From NCBI GenBank assembly GCA_002269645.1, contig NIVC01002965.1:1-64000 (forward strand): DNA of 64,000 nucleotides, read 5' to 3'. The DNA is from Macrostomum lignano (Eukaryota). Numbering within the stretch: the stretch's first letter is position 1; the number at the start of each line of letters is the position of its first letter. A program made the position numbers and the translations under genes. This document shows, piece by piece, positions 43,817-58,000 of this stretch. The notes under the pieces were generated by a model. The model saw only the letters and a program-made list of their open reading frames with translations, was not told where the DNA came from and made no database searches.

Positions 43817-46800
43817 ATGTCGAAACAGATACCTCGGCAGGACGAGCAGTTAGAAGCTGTCCAAGCGGTGAATGACGGTGATTCAGTAGACTCCGAGGAT
43901 GACCAACACTGCGGCATAGGCGGTCTCAGGCCAGCCTGGATGCAGTCTTGCCGACGCTTCAGTATATTCTTCATGTGTCTGATTGGCACTTCTATCGCTA
44001 CATCACTGCTCAGCACCTATCATAATTCCATGGTGAGCACGTTCGAGAAGCGATTCGACTGGAAGACTCAAACAGTTGGCTTTGTGCTGGCTTCCAACGA
44101 TTTTGGCTACCTGGCCTCCGTGCTGTTCACCGCCCACTTCGGCAGCATGAGCCACCGGCCCAGGCTGCTGGCTGCGTGCAACTTCGCTTACGGCACGACT
44201 GGCATCATCTACTTCCTGCCGTATTTGTTATTCGGCTCGAAGTTCACCACCGACGAGGTGTTTGGAACAAGGCCTGGCGGTCCAAATTCGTCAGCCATAA
44301 CTTTGTCCAGCTCGAAGATTCCGTACTGCAAAGCACCAGCTGATGACTTGGCGATGGAGATGGCTGCTCCAGGAGTGCAAGATAATTTCACTTTTGTCGA
44401 TACTCGATGGAGCTCTGCGATCCAGTCTAACGTGGCTTTTGTCATCTTTCTGTTTGGCGGAGTCGTCCAGGGTGTCGCTGTGGGACCGTTCTGGAATGTG
44501 GCGTTCGCTTTTATCGATGACATGACCAAGCAGTGGTCTGGCGTGTTTATTGGTGAGCTGAATTTCACTTCTTTGTGCCTTAAATTAAATTGGACTAAGT
44601 TAGTACTGGTATCAGTTACTAAGTATCAGATAGTTCGATCTGGTATAAAGAGGGGGAGCGTTGTCTTTTGTCAGGTTATAACTAAGCCAATCTATTGAAT
44701 CAGAGTAGTTCGGTTATCTCTGAGGTTGTTTATTCAATGTATAATATCGGTCGAAAATTGCTTACGCTCGTAATAGAAGGAAGATCGGCGAAGTTGTAAG
44801 TTTGCTTGAACGAAGTTTTCAGTCTCGCTTGGGAGATGTTTTCTTTGTAAACTACTGCTTCCTATTGGCTGAGACTGGGTGGGGGAGGGTCGTATCAGCA
44901 GCATTTTAATTGATTGCATGGTAATGCATTCAAAGATGGATAGAAACTATGGGGCCAAAAATAATCACTTCGGCTCGACTGATGTTATCCATATTATAGA
45001 AGGTGACTAATTATGTTGAGTACGAGTATCTCGTGGTGCTAGAGTGATAAAATAACATGGTAACTTGATCAATAAGCTGACTTGCCACCCGAATCGGATC
45101 GCAGGTTTGTACACTCTGCTGAGGGCAGTCGGCCCTATCATGGGCTACCAGCTTGGCTCCAGGACGACAAAGCTGAACGAGAATCTGAGCGGAACCCTCA
45201 GCCAGTTTGTCGGCAGTCAGAAAAGTCCCCTGTGGATTGGTGCCTGGTGGCTTGGCTATTTAGCCACCGGAATTCTGGGCATGTCCGCCTCTCTGCCTCT
45301 GTTCTGTTTTCCAAGAAACGTGCCCCTCCGAGTGAACACAGATCCCAGCAAGCTGCGGAATCCAGTCATCAGGCTGCTGTTGAAACAGTCCGAGAAGAAG
45401 GATGACATTTTGCAACAGGAGGAACTGGGAAATCCGGAGTCGCGCAAACAGGAGAAAACGTTTCTAGGTGAGGTTTTCGAGATACGAGACAAAATCCATA
45501 CTAAAGGAGCAAAAGTATATAACCAATAGAGCCGAGGAATTGTCATTTTACACCGAACTCATTTGTAAAAAAACAGAAAAACTTCGTATCTCAATTTTGA
45601 CCCATCAAAAATACGAGCATAGATCTCCTAAGTCTGCTTCACGCGTCTGGCACGAATTTGAATTGCGAACTGATTAGAGTGTTCAATTTACCTTTCAGGT
45701 CTTTTCCGCTCGCTAAAGCGTCTGTTTATTAATCCAATTTTTCTGTGCTTATTAATTGGCAACTTTTTCGAATTCGTGGCATTGAGCACGCCTATTAACT
45801 ACAATGCCAAGTACTTGGAGCACCATTTCGACTTGACTCAGAGCGAGGCAAGTTCAATTACTGGTAAGTTAAAACAAAGTTACTTGACTCTGAGTTATTG
45901 AGCTGTATGAAAATCTAGGCCTACAGTATAGTAAGCAATGCCATGGACAGCTGAAATGGAAGGGCAATAAACTAAAATTTCTTAGAAATTGCCTGGAAGT
46001 CGGTAAGGCACGGTCGATATTTGCCGCATCGCCAGTGCATTTAGTGCATTTTGCATCTTACTTCAGTTTTCCGTGAGCGATGCATGATTAAAACAAACTC
46101 ACGTAAATGTTATAAATGTTATTCTTCAGGCCTAGTGATGCCGGTCACGTTTGGTGTTGGGCTCATGCTGAGCATCGCGATCTCATATCGCTTCCAAATG
46201 ACCATGTACTCGCTAGCTCGCTTCCACGCATTTGTGCATCTGTTCGGTATTCTACGGTACTACCTTGGCACTTTGTTTGTCTGTCCTACTCCGCAAGTGC
46301 TCACTAGTCCGAGTTCATCACCAGCCGCAGGTGAGTGACTCAACGCCCGGTAGATGGTTTGGATTCCAAAGTGACACTCAACCCACAACTGGCAAGAGAG
46401 CTCTTACAACTTACATGTAGGCAAGAACTTCAAGGTTCTTGATTTATGCTGTTTTTAATGCTCAAGAGGAGAGAGCAAAGTAGATAGACGGTTGGTGCTT
46501 CTACCTGACTCTCGCATCGAAGTACACAGTTTTAGTGAATGTGGGACTCGAGCAAGAAAATCACCTATGGGCTTATGCAATTCTCGCCCTAGAAAGCAGT
46601 TCCCAAATCACTGAGTGTGATTAAAGGCTTGACGATGAGAAAGTTAGGGCTGATGTGTACACCCTGAGTAAGTTCGTGCCCTGGCTGCCGGGTCGATTGT
46701 CGCTTGCACGCTCGGATCGGAGGTCAGAATGCGCTGCGTTGAGTGCAACCGAAAGCTGACCTACTGTTTTGCTACACACTATACCTCAGGTGAATACTTT

Positions 46801-48220
46801 GTCAACGGATCCTATTGCGGCGTCGGCGACTGCGGAGGTTGCACCCGGACTGACTACTTTCCAGTGTGCGGCGGCAACGTCACTTACTATTCTCCCTGCG
46901 TCGCTGGCTGCTCGCAGGAAACCGGGCTCAGTAGCGGCTGTCAGTGCGTACCTGGCGGCTCAGTACGGCTTGGCACCTGCCAGGGCGCTTGCTACTCGAG
47001 CCTGATGGCCTACGCGTTTACTTCTATTGCTCTGGGCGCTATCCAGTGCTCGGCGCGGACGCAAGAGGCTGTCATTAACTTGCGCTGCGTGCAGCCGAGA
47101 GACAAAGCGCTGGCTCTGGCTTCAAGCAGCTTTATGTGGGGCGTCAGTTGTGAGTGATGTTTTTCTTTTTTGTTTAACAAGTTATGATATTTGTGAGTCG
47201 TCGATAGGAGTCAAGAACTCTTCAAAAAGGGGTTCAACACAGTCTGAGGAGGCAACATCCTTCTGGGAAGTCACGTCTGAACCAAGGACTACTCAAAAAC
47301 GTTACGGAGAAAGGAAGTTTTCATTTGTTCAGCACAAAAATTGTTATTGCTTTTGATAGGGGGCAGACCCTATGTTCATCGTTTGGTATGTCTTGCCTTT
47401 TTATATAGCCCTATTGATATTCATAAAGCTTTTTGCTTATAAAATTAGGATTCTATGTTAATTCTATATCTCGCGTACATGTACGATTGTACAAAGGACA
47501 TAAATCAATAAATATTTAGAATACAAAGTTCATAAACGAAAACGTTCATAAATATCAATAGAAGTATAAAGAAAGATCAAAAGATGAACATTGAGTCTGC
47601 CTCTTATCAAAAGTACGCAATTACAATTTTTGTGCTAAAAAAATTGAAACTTCCTATTTCTGTATTTTTTAGTAAAAATCGCCCTCTAAAATGTGTCCAA
47701 TAATTGTGGTTTCCTGTCCTTCTAATTAAGTAGTCTTTGATCATGCAGAATGGGAGGGGGCAGCGTGATTCTGATAATCCTCCAGTGAACTGTGCATCTT
47801 TTTTTCGTGATTACGTATAATCAGATCATCTAAATCGTATCGAAAGGTCTTTTGAATATTCTTATTGATTATCTTGCTCAGTCAATGCACCAAAACTTGC
47901 TTACAGCCTCTCTGCTACCACCGCTAATCGGCACGGTGTTCGACAACATCTGCCTCATCAGCAGCAGCGATGGTAAGCGCTCCTACTGCGAGATGTACGA
48001 CCGCGTGTCGTTCAGGTACGCCTTCCATCTGTTGTCCGTGTTTGCACACGCTATCGCCTGCGTCTTCTTCTTTCTGGTTTGGTATTTCTGCGCCAAGCGC
48101 TATGGTCGAGACGGGACGGCGGCTACAGATACGGCGGCTGAGGCCAAAGTTGAGCTGGCAGAGCGAAAGAAGTCTGGTGAAAGTAGGGAAGATCCTGCAG
48201 CGGAACCGTTAAACGGTTGA
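43817..48220 (+). CDS. SLCO: Organic anion transporting polypeptide (OATP/SLCO family), 712 aa
   Basis: Six exons in frame, all phase 1: 43817-44552, 45105-45467, 45699-45863, 46130-46330, 46790-47149, 47907-48220. FEKRF..SNDFG..HFGSMSHRPR, WIGAWWLGY, Kazal-like FPVCGGNVTYYSPCVAGC, LRCVQPRDKALAL. Confidence 0.93.
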
Positions 48221-48804
48221 TCGAAAATAATTTTAATAAATAAACTGTAGCTTGTTTACGCACATGGTAGATTTAAAGTGCATGTTTAGCAGCACGAAAA
48301 CCGTAGAAGTTATTGAAGGTCCAAGATAGCTATCTCTTTTGCCAGTCAGTTGTCGATAATCGATGTAATCAAAGCTGAGAAGTAGACAGTTTCCAACGGC
48401 CCAAAATACTCTGGAAGTGTATCTTAGGTAACATTTTAACATTGACACTGGCATAGAATTTCCATTAGGCATTCATTTAAATCTTTTTCCTAGCAAAATT
48501 CAAGTTGTCAAGCAATAATTATTTTTGCGCTGTGAAGAGCAAAACCTGGGTTTAAATGGGCTCCGAGCTTTTGTCTAGGATCAAAAACTGACGTCTATGC
48601 TCAGCAACAGACAAAAGTGTCCACCCTTTTCTCGGGAGAATTTCGGCTCCTGCAGTTGAGTGCCAAATCAGAGACTCTGGGCCATAGACATCTGTTCTGA
48701 TACACGACTCAATACAGTTTTAGAAAAACGAATGATAGCAGGAAATGAGAACAGGGAACTGAATACTGCGAAGTGGGAATTTAAATTTATTTAATTTAAA
48801 TAAC

Positions 48805-49290
48805 GCGTATATTCACCACGAGCAGCCAATATGCCAGGCACACAGAAGCATCCCCAGACTGAGACGCTGTAGGTAATTCTGCGGAAGTCTTTGCCTGCCG
48901 CAGCTGAGCAACATTCTGTGGCGGATTTTCTCGCTGAATGGTGCGCTACAAAGTCCCAGACGTGCTCGATCTTTCATTTGAGTCACCACAGCAGCAGTTT
49001 TAAAGAGCAGAAGGCGCGCTTGCAGAAGATCAGCGTAGGCGTTGCCAGCAACATCTGCCTATAAAAGGACCAGATCCGCCTTTGAATGGATTGTGCTGCC
49101 CGCCCAAACATGAACCGATCCGGACTGCTGTTTTGTGCACTGCACATGCTGCTGCAGCATCTCTTGACGACGTTCGCGCCCGCGCACGAGTGGCCGTCAG
49201 CTTGGAATAGACGAAAGCCACTCTCGTCTGAGAAGCTGGACGCGCTTCCATCATACCAATAGCACGCCAGCGTTCTCCGTCAGTCATTTC
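48805..49290 (-). pseudogene. Internally deleted Tc1-like transposase remnant
   Basis: N-terminus MTDGERWRAIGMMEA joined to C-terminal IEHVWDFV...NPPQNVAQLRQA and ILAARGEYTRY; catalytic core missing; TIRs not resolved. Confidence 0.75.
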
Positions 49291-50756
49291 GTCAACGGAT
49301 GAATGGATTGCTCTTGGCTCGTAAAATGGCTTCTACCTCAAACAAAGACTTCCTTGTCCTCGGCTGTTCTCAGCTAGCGTCCCACCCTTCACCCACCCAT
49401 AGAATAATTTTGTCTATGGTCGAATCGATTTGCCACTCAACTGAGAGACGAATTTTTTCCCGAGAATGGGTGGACGAACCAGAGAATATCGATATCTCGG
49501 ACACTTTTGTCTGTTGCTGTGTATGCAATGCAAAATCCCACAATAATATTTGATCGCTCAATATGCACCGAAAGTAAGTAGCTCGAAGGACAAAGAAACT
49601 GAAATTTTTCTTTGCTTTGCATAGATACAGTAGCTAGCGCTTTTGTAGATGTGTTAGATTATGGTTTTTGTTTAACAGATCCCAGTTTAACAGTATAAAA
49701 AAGATATATCTACACCCCGTGGTATTATTCAGTATCGCAATAATTATCGTTTTTTCACTATTTGCTGCGTTCTAAAACAAAAACTCTTATAGTGTATTTA
49801 TTTATTGTATGAGGTTAATTATTTGCAAAGGATTATTTATGCATACTGTATAGCTAGTGCAATTATAAATGAGAGCAAGCTACATGCAATGAAGATACAT
49901 GTACCTGTTCTTAAAAGTGCAGTTGTTTTAGTCAAATTGACTTGACGGTAAGGTAGCGTATGGTGTCAAAATAATTATAACAAATATAATGATTACTCTC
50001 ATTTCGATAAATAAATTTAATAACTGTCTGCGAATTTGTGTAAACTGTTTAGTGATCTTACATCTTTGTTATCTTATAGTTAGCAAGTAAAGAAATACAA
50101 ATTAAAAGAAATTGAAGTCAACTGTTTTGTGAAGAACGAGTGTAGCTAGCTGTACGCTCGTAATTACAATCAAGAAAAAGTTTTCTATTGAATAAAAAAT
50201 ATTGAAAAAGACTCGTAAATTTCAAAATTAATTTTCCAGATAGATTTTTTACCGTCCTAATATAAAACAGGGTATTTTAACTTTTATAAAAATTTTGTTA
50301 GGAGCTAAGATAAAACCAGGGCCAGCCCCAAGGCACAGCTAGAGTGCACATGCCTGACGATTAGAAGGTGTTCAGAGCCTCTGTACACATTGTGTGAGCG
50401 TGTGCATGAATGGCCATCAGCGCTGGTTATGGGACGGATGTCGCGCCAGAGTGTCCATAATTCTCGTGTGAATACTTCATTTTATTATAATTATAATTAA
50501 ATGATGTTATATTTCGCCCCTGTTTCAATTAATACGGGGATTAATTGAAGGTCTTGAATAGCTAATTTTTAAATAGTCTGGATAAAGGAAACTTGGATTT
50601 TACATTGTCTAACTTAAACAGCACATACAAGTTACAATGTTTCTTTAATTCTTCTGTCTAAAGCAAACCGAAAAGGCCTCATTTAGATAATTGGTTGTAT
50701 AACCTAAGCATGCTTTTACTAGTGTATATAATTGGCCAGGTGCCAATAGTGAGCAA

Positions 50757-53507
50757 TCAGACTCTGGTAACGCGCACTGGCAACTGTTGCCAAATTTGAG
50801 AAGCTCCCACAGACACCGAAGGTCTCAATCGGCCCTCAATTTCTGAATGCCGTCTGCTGCCCTTCGCCATAGCGGCCGCGGCCGTCGCTGACATTATCGA
50901 CACCCGTCGGATCCTCTCTGCATTATTGTCGCTCTGCTCAGTGCGATTACCCATCCTTCGCCGATGAGCAATCATGTTGAGCATAACCACCAGCTGGAGG
51001 AGGAGCTCGGCCACTTCGCACACAGTCAGCACGCTGATGCCAATGTACAGTCCTAGGATGCCTCCCATGTCCGAGAGTAGGTCGTAAAGCTCATACGCAA
51101 AGCTCTCATCTGTTTTAATGTCGCGACCCTGCGCGTCGGCCACATCGAATCGAATAGCAAGAAAGTTTTTATTTGCTATGCGACCGAACAAGCTTGAGTT
51201 GGCATTTCTAAGCTCTCTCGATGACGATATCAGCACATAAGACTGGTACAAATTCCAATTCGAATGTTGCAGGAAAGCCTCATCAACTATTGAGCCATTG
51301 TTTGGATAGTACGAGTTGGAGTGAAGCCACCTCTGCAGCATTGGCCCAAGAAAGTCACCAATCTCGGGACCCTCGGGCCAGGCAATAGGCATTACGCTGG
51401 TCTCATAGATTTTAGCTTGACAACGATTGATGCAGCGCTGATGCATTCGCGAATCGTTTCTGGCTGCCACCAGGGCCCTACGTAAGCAGATCTCATTGTC
51501 CAGAAGTGTGTCAATGATAGCTGGAAGTTCCGAAGCATTCGAGCCTAAGAAGGTCTGGTAAACGTAGTCAATAAGGCTAGCTGGATCGCGCCGTGCTAGT
51601 CCAATTCCGGACAGCAGGTGGCTGAGATTGCCTCTTCGGACCTGGCTGAACATGGAGACGGTGAGCGGCAGGTTTGGGTCGATGAATCCACAACGTTCAA
51701 GCAGCACTTCCTGTGTCAGAGTCACGAGGCAGTCGGCTAGCTGGGCTTGAAATGTCTCGGGTTGCGGTGACTGATCTTTCTGAACCATGTACTGCACCTG
51801 AGCATTGGATTCGTCAGTAGCCGACATGCATCTGTATTTCCTAGTGCTCTTTGAGGTGTACTCCAAGTAGCGAATGCTCACTACAGTCTCCTGGTTAACT
51901 GGTGCCTCGATCTGGTTTTCCTGAGTCGGATATGTCCCAGGCTGGTGAACGAAAACCACAGCGCCGCCTGGCTTCTGCATGTTGAACCAATCGCCAGGCA
52001 GCTTCAGCAGGGCATCAGTCACCGCGGGGCTGCTGTGATGCGAGTCGACGAACATGCCGATGCGAAGCCCGTTCAGACTGTTCTTGGTCACATTTGGTCG
52101 CCTCTGGCTAAAGCGCTGCACACTGAAGGTAGCGCAGGAAGGGAACGCCGGCAGAGAGCGCAGCTGAAAGTCGTTGATGTCGCAGGCCCGAGTGCCGTAC
52201 GTGCAGGACAACAAGCCCTGGCTTGGGTCCGCTCTGAACTGGGACAGGAACCTGTCGCCCCACGTGTCTCGAATGACTAGATCTGTTGGCATTAAGCATA
52301 CACGGAAACAGTGGTCAGCTATTGAAATAGCAAAAATGTTTAGATGAAATGTGCATTACCACCGAAAGAGGATAACAGGTTGGTCATGTGGCCGAAAATT
52401 TATACTCAACCAGTATCAGCAATCTGTCCATTTTTTTATTACACTACATGCTTCGCTTCGAAAGTCAGCGCATATTGGTAGCACCAAAAATCCTAACACA
52501 CAAAGAAGGCGAGTTGCCATCTAAGCAACTTGTATTTTTTCATTCCGCTTTTTGTCTACATTTTTGGGGCATATGGATAGCAAATAACTGCATATTTTTA
52601 ATGAGACTCTTGTCGGGTTTCGGCCTTAAAGAAAAGCTCTGAACCAATTTAAACTGAGATGAGTTTGAATTGCTAGCTTGAACTCTGAACAGGCACCGAA
52701 ATGAAAGTTACGTCATTTACTAAGAAGTGACTAATAGAATGTTTTAGTATCGGTCACATCATCGGTCTACCGCTATAAGAATATGTACACTTAATTTCAT
52801 CATGGGAACTTGTATAGTCTGACACGCATTGCTTCTAGTCACCAATGTCATCGGTTTATTCGGAATGTACATATAGAGAGACAAACAACTTAAGTCTCAA
52901 TAGAACGTTTTCACCTACTTGGCAGGTTGTAAGCGCTCTCGTCCTCGATTTGTAGCAAGTTACTATCAGTTTCATAGGCGCCATAGTTGAGCATCAGATA
53001 CCGTCTCGCACTAAGTCCGAGAACCTGTCGAATCTTCTGCACACTGTCGAACACTGGTCGAAACTCGGGCGCAATGTCGTGCCGAAACTCCGTTTGATCC
53101 GGTGCCGAAGCGTTTGCCGCCAATGTACTATTAAATATCCGACTAATGGCGAACATCATCCGATTGCAGATTGTGATGTCTGGCGGAATGTACTTGTTAC
53201 CTCTGGCGTTAATCTTGGTTGTGATTGGCTCATCTCTGTACTTGGTAACCAAGCTAGACATGTTTACAGTCAGTGCGACAAAAGCTGCCGTGATGACCAA
53301 AGCCCAGCCAATCTGACAGGATTTCACCGGATGATTGAGCCGGGCCATACCGTGAGCACTGGTGCAGGCTGCGAATACTCGCAGGGTACTAATAAGGTCG
53401 CTAGCTCGAATCGTCTGAATGCCGGGAACTCGATTGTAGCTGTCCAGTCGCTGAGATGGTGGCTTTCCAACTTTGGCGGCGGACGCTAGAACAGCACTTT
53501 TCTTCAT
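50757..53507 (-). CDS. DEG/ENaC (ASIC/FaNaC-like) amiloride-sensitive channel subunit, 704 aa
   Basis: Exons 52919-53507 and 50757-52282 (phase 1). FAACTSAHG, TM1, PDITICN, and LLSDMGGILGLYIGISVLTVCE (TM2 with GxS filter). Confidence 0.92.
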
Positions 53508-54244
53508 TATTTGAATGGGATGAGTCTTCCAAGTTAGAATGCCTGCAGGTCCTGATCAGCAGCTACCTGTGCACAGCGGTCTATTTAGTGGCTTAACTGT
53601 GAGCCGGTGCATTTTGCCAGCGCTTTTTGAGTGTCTTATTTGTGCAGCATATTTCTGGTTTTCTTTCTTATGCCTCAGATGTACTCAACAGTAAACTGGC
53701 AGCCTGAGATAGAGCTTCATTGTTCATTTGTACGAACAGAGCTGTACAGACAAAACGATGCAAGCTCACAAAAGAAGAGAATCCAAGTGCTCCAACTTAC
53801 CCAGGGGTATAGTGTGTGTGTGTGTGTTCATTTTAAATTTCTTGCTACTGTCATTACTAGTATAGCCAGAACTAAAAATGCAAAAGAAGCACATGGACAT
53901 TTTTGTGGGATTTATTTGGTTTAATGCTATCATCGTACACAATAAGCTTTCTCTGCTAGCTTGCTACTAAGGACTGTTTGCTGACTATATCTACATGTAC
54001 ATTTATCTCATAGAATTAAAAGCTGTATAGTCTATGGTCACAAGAGGATGCACGTCCAAGTTTTTTCATGTTTGCTGTGTTGCTGAATATTAATTATACG
54101 AGTTACGTTTATACAAATATTCTGATCTTAAGTTTGATTCACACTGCCATCAAATAAGCCACCCAATCATACGACCGATGGACAAAGAAATGAAATTTGA
54201 TGCACGAGTCGTGTGATCACACGACTTTCGGCCTTTTAGATGCT

Positions 54245-54518
54245 TTTTATTACAACCTGCCCTAATGGGCAGATGTGCACCGACAGCTCAGCCGCAGCTA
54301 TTGCGCGGCGCATCTGAAGGCTGCGTACGGCTGTTCAGTCCAAGGACTGGGGGGTCGCCACACACACCCTCAATTACCCCAGCTAATGCTGGAACCCATT
54401 TTACAACAGAGTTAAGTGTCTTGCTCAAGGACACAAATTGTTCCGAGTAAGTTGAGAATCGAAGCCCCGACCTTTCAGTCGTGAGTTCGACGCTCTAACG
54501 ACTAGGCTACAATCCCCT
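54245..54518 (-). mobile_element. tRNA-derived SINE with CORE-like domain
   Basis: Minus strand GTAGCCTAGTCGTTAGAGCG...GGGGCTTCGATTC (A/B boxes), then GTGTCCTTGAGCAAGACACTTAAC (CORE-like), then an A-rich end. Confidence 0.75.
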
Positions 54519-55005
54519 TCTAAGCTAAAACCCCCTCAAATTTCGGTATGAATGAACCGCTCGTAAACTTGGAAAGAAATCGCTCTTTTAAGAATATTAC
54601 GAGCGTAATATCATTATAAAATTTATACGGTTCCTTTCTATCCCTATTTTAAGCATCAACACAAGAATTAAATCAGAAATAACATTGAGACTGCTCATAC
54701 AATTGAACAAACGTTTATATTTATAATTCATATTTAATTTAAATTTGATCCGTAAACTGACTGAATTAAAAAACAGCATGCGTAAAGTTCTCTAGATACC
54801 TCTATTTCGAGCGCACGAGGAATCGGTGAAGAATGACAGTTTTAATTTTTGGCAATAATTTCAACGAAACAAGCAATGGAATTCATTAGTTATAAAATTT
54901 TCGAGTGACATTTGAAACATAAATGAAGCCATAATATATAGTTCGTATTACTCGTATAAAATCCGGCACGATTTGCCTTGGCTTTCAGATCAGGTTTATG
55001 CTTGT

Positions 55006-58000
55006 TTACCGTCTGGTAAAGAAGGCTTTGGTGTCGCGCCAGATTGGATTGCCTCTGGAGTGCAGGACGGCCATCAGCATCACGATGCCCAGGACCATGC
55101 CGATAACGGACGTCGTCACAAAGACCGCTGCAGCTGCTCCAGTGGTTAAGCCGACTCGAGTGTCCTCTCCGGTTTGAGGCTTTGTGGTCTGGTATTTAGT
55201 ACCGTCCGGATTGTATAGTCCTGAAAATGGACAAATGGCTAATATGTAATTTTACACACTTAGCTTAATTTGGTTACTTTAAGACCTTAAGGCTTTTAGA
55301 CCAAGTCAGATTGCCGTACGTGTCTGTTTAGCTGGTTAGCTGCCTATTTCTTCAAATGCTCTGTCATTACCTATAATTCTTGTTGATTAGATCTCTAAAG
55401 AGACAGTTTTTTTAAAGTTTTCGGTTATAAAACGGCTAGATAAGCTTTCAGTGACCTTTTTGAGTGGCTCTTCCTAAGGTGATACTCTTAATTAGAAAAA
55501 AGCGACATTTGTATAAAATAAATTCTCTTTAATTGAAAAAGGATCAACTTCAGCCGTTCCCGGTTTACAAGACGATATTAACTTACTCTTGAGATAGTCG
55601 CACTTCAGTCCTGTCCCAGAATCGCTTTCCGGTGGCGTTTTGGCGTCCAACGTCAGAATGGCGCAATCGCCCGTGGCGTTGCAGAAGTAGTAACCCTGAC
55701 AGTCCAGCCCGAACTCCTCAGTGCACTTCCTGGCGCAACGATCTTCGGTTAGACCGCCGAACAATTTCAAATCCTGGATTGGTTAGTAGAATAGAGGGGT
55801 AGAAATTGAAATTGATGGATCCTACTTTAAAAATTGGAGTTCGCTGCTGAGTTGTCGAGTTTCGTTTGTCTAGCCAATTCGCTAATAAGAGGCAAACAAT
55901 GAAGGCAAAGTAGTATGATTTGCATGCGCATACCTAACTCATGGACATCTAGAGCAGGAGGACAATACACTCGATTTTCTTAGAAACGAACTGGAGACCG
56001 TTAAGGAACGTATATTTGTCGTAACTGGAACAGATGGCGCTGAATGAGACCTCGCCATGGACGCTCCAGCTAATTTTTAAGAAAATTGAGAGTAGCGTCT
56101 ATTTCGGTTGTCTATGGTCCAACAACGAAAAGGCCAGGGTTGCTGTGAACCGCTTGTGAACACATGGCCTGTGCACTGAAGCTAATCCGTGTGGGTCTGT
56201 GTTCAGTCTCGTAAGAGGTATAGAGTATAAAAATATTTAATTGGACGTCCTGCACAATATGTATATCATATTAGAGTGTCTTAATATCAGAAGTTGTTTT
56301 TCTTTTCAGAAAAATACTCATCAGTGTTTAATCACCTGAAAGAGCGGGTCCGTTAAAGTTGTGGATCGGACAAAGTCGACCACGAATGATCTGGAATAGT
56401 GCGTGCACTCGCTGCGATTCCCTGTGATGCCTGTGTCGTCAGTGAGGTGACCCGAGTCCAGGTAGCACTGCTGTTTGCCTTCGACGCTGCAAACATCGAA
56501 ACTGCGGCATCCAACATCCGTGGAGTTGCTGTTGCTTTCCGTGGATTGTTGACGCTGGTCGCAGAGCGTGGCGCACTGATCGGGTTTAGTGACCACGCCT
56601 GATGGTTTCTTGCCGGTGATGTAGATTCTTGAAGTGCCTTGCAGCTGACGGTATTTAGCTAGCTCATTCTCTGCGGGTTGGTATAATGGGTTCTTACGTA
56701 CGATTCTGATTTTTCAAGATTTCTTATTTATTTCTCCAATAATCGACATCTATCGTTCGTATTTTTTGAATCTCTTTTCCTCAGATGTAAGAGCATTGCT
56801 AGATTTTAATCCCATTATAGATCAATAAAAAGAAACCAATATCCTCACTTATGTAGATGTTGCACCTCGCTCGGTCGAGGGTATTCGTTTTGCCTTCGTC
56901 GGGAGCGTCCTCGCTCAGGTAGCACACGCCCAAATCGTAGCAGTAAGTCACCGACTGGCACTTGAATTCGGTTTCATCCAGGCAGGCCAGAGCACAATCG
57001 TCCGCCGAAACTTTGTTCTCCACTTGTCGTTTCGGATCGCGCATCGACAGGCGTTCGATTGCGTCGAACTGTTGGAGGTGCCGGCCTCTCAGCGGGTTGT
57101 AAACGTCTGGACGAATTTCGAAGCGTTCGACGGACATCGCTCGGAAAGTGTGCGATCGGCCTTGCTTGGCAACGATAGGAACCAGGAATTGACCAGAGTT
57201 CACTACGGAGCTGATGCTGAACCAGGCCTCTTCGAGGGACTGCTCAGAGACTCGCGACGATGAGTTAGTTGGGCCTTAAGTTATATTGGATAGGGTTGTT
57301 GACGGATCGGCAAACTCATGTCCGCGGGCCACATGCAGCCCATGAATCCTCTCTATCTGGCCCTCGGGTCGTTTGAATTTTCACAAAAGCAATCCGGCCT
57401 TCTTAAGGTTTCTGTCTCTTCTGTCATCTCTCTCTTCTCTGTAGTAATTTTTCTCTGTTCTCTCCTGTTCTCTCCCTTCTCTCCTGTTCTTTCCCTCTCA
57501 TCTCCTTTCTCCTTTCCTCTCTCGTCTCTCCTTTTTTTCTCTCTCCTTTTCTTTTCCATTTCTTCTTTCCTCTGTCCTCTCTCTTTTCTGCTCCAATTCT
57601 GTCGCTTCTATCTTCTCCTTTATCCCTCGCCTCTACTTCACCATCTCTCTTCTCTCTTCTCTAGTCCATCAGTCCATTTCCTCTCTCCTCTCTGGCTCGC
57701 AGTCATGCACTAGATTCTCTATCTTGCCCTTGTGGTAAGAAAACGTCGATGACAAAATATATGCTTTTGCATTACATCGACGGATAGCGACGTCATACGT
57801 CAGCGACGTCATAGACGCCGGATTGCCGTACGAATTTTGGTCCCAATTTGGCAACCTCTTATATAATTCAACATCGTCTGATGACTATGGTCCTAAATAT
57901 CTCAACTTACAGAAGAATACATCTACATGGAATTCAGTTAGTTTATGTTTTACGAGGGGTGCGCAAAAAGTCTTGGCAACTGGCTCATAACTTTTTAAAT

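Noticed and set aside
43741-53489. Antisense and alternative-frame ORFs over the OATP and DEG/ENaC exons
   Set aside because: Shadow frames of GC-rich coding sequence.
57669-57854. Extra exon of the PAN-domain gene
   Set aside because: No acceptor in the required phase 1, and the direct 59381-to-57139 join keeps the inter-domain spacing seen in the other repeats.
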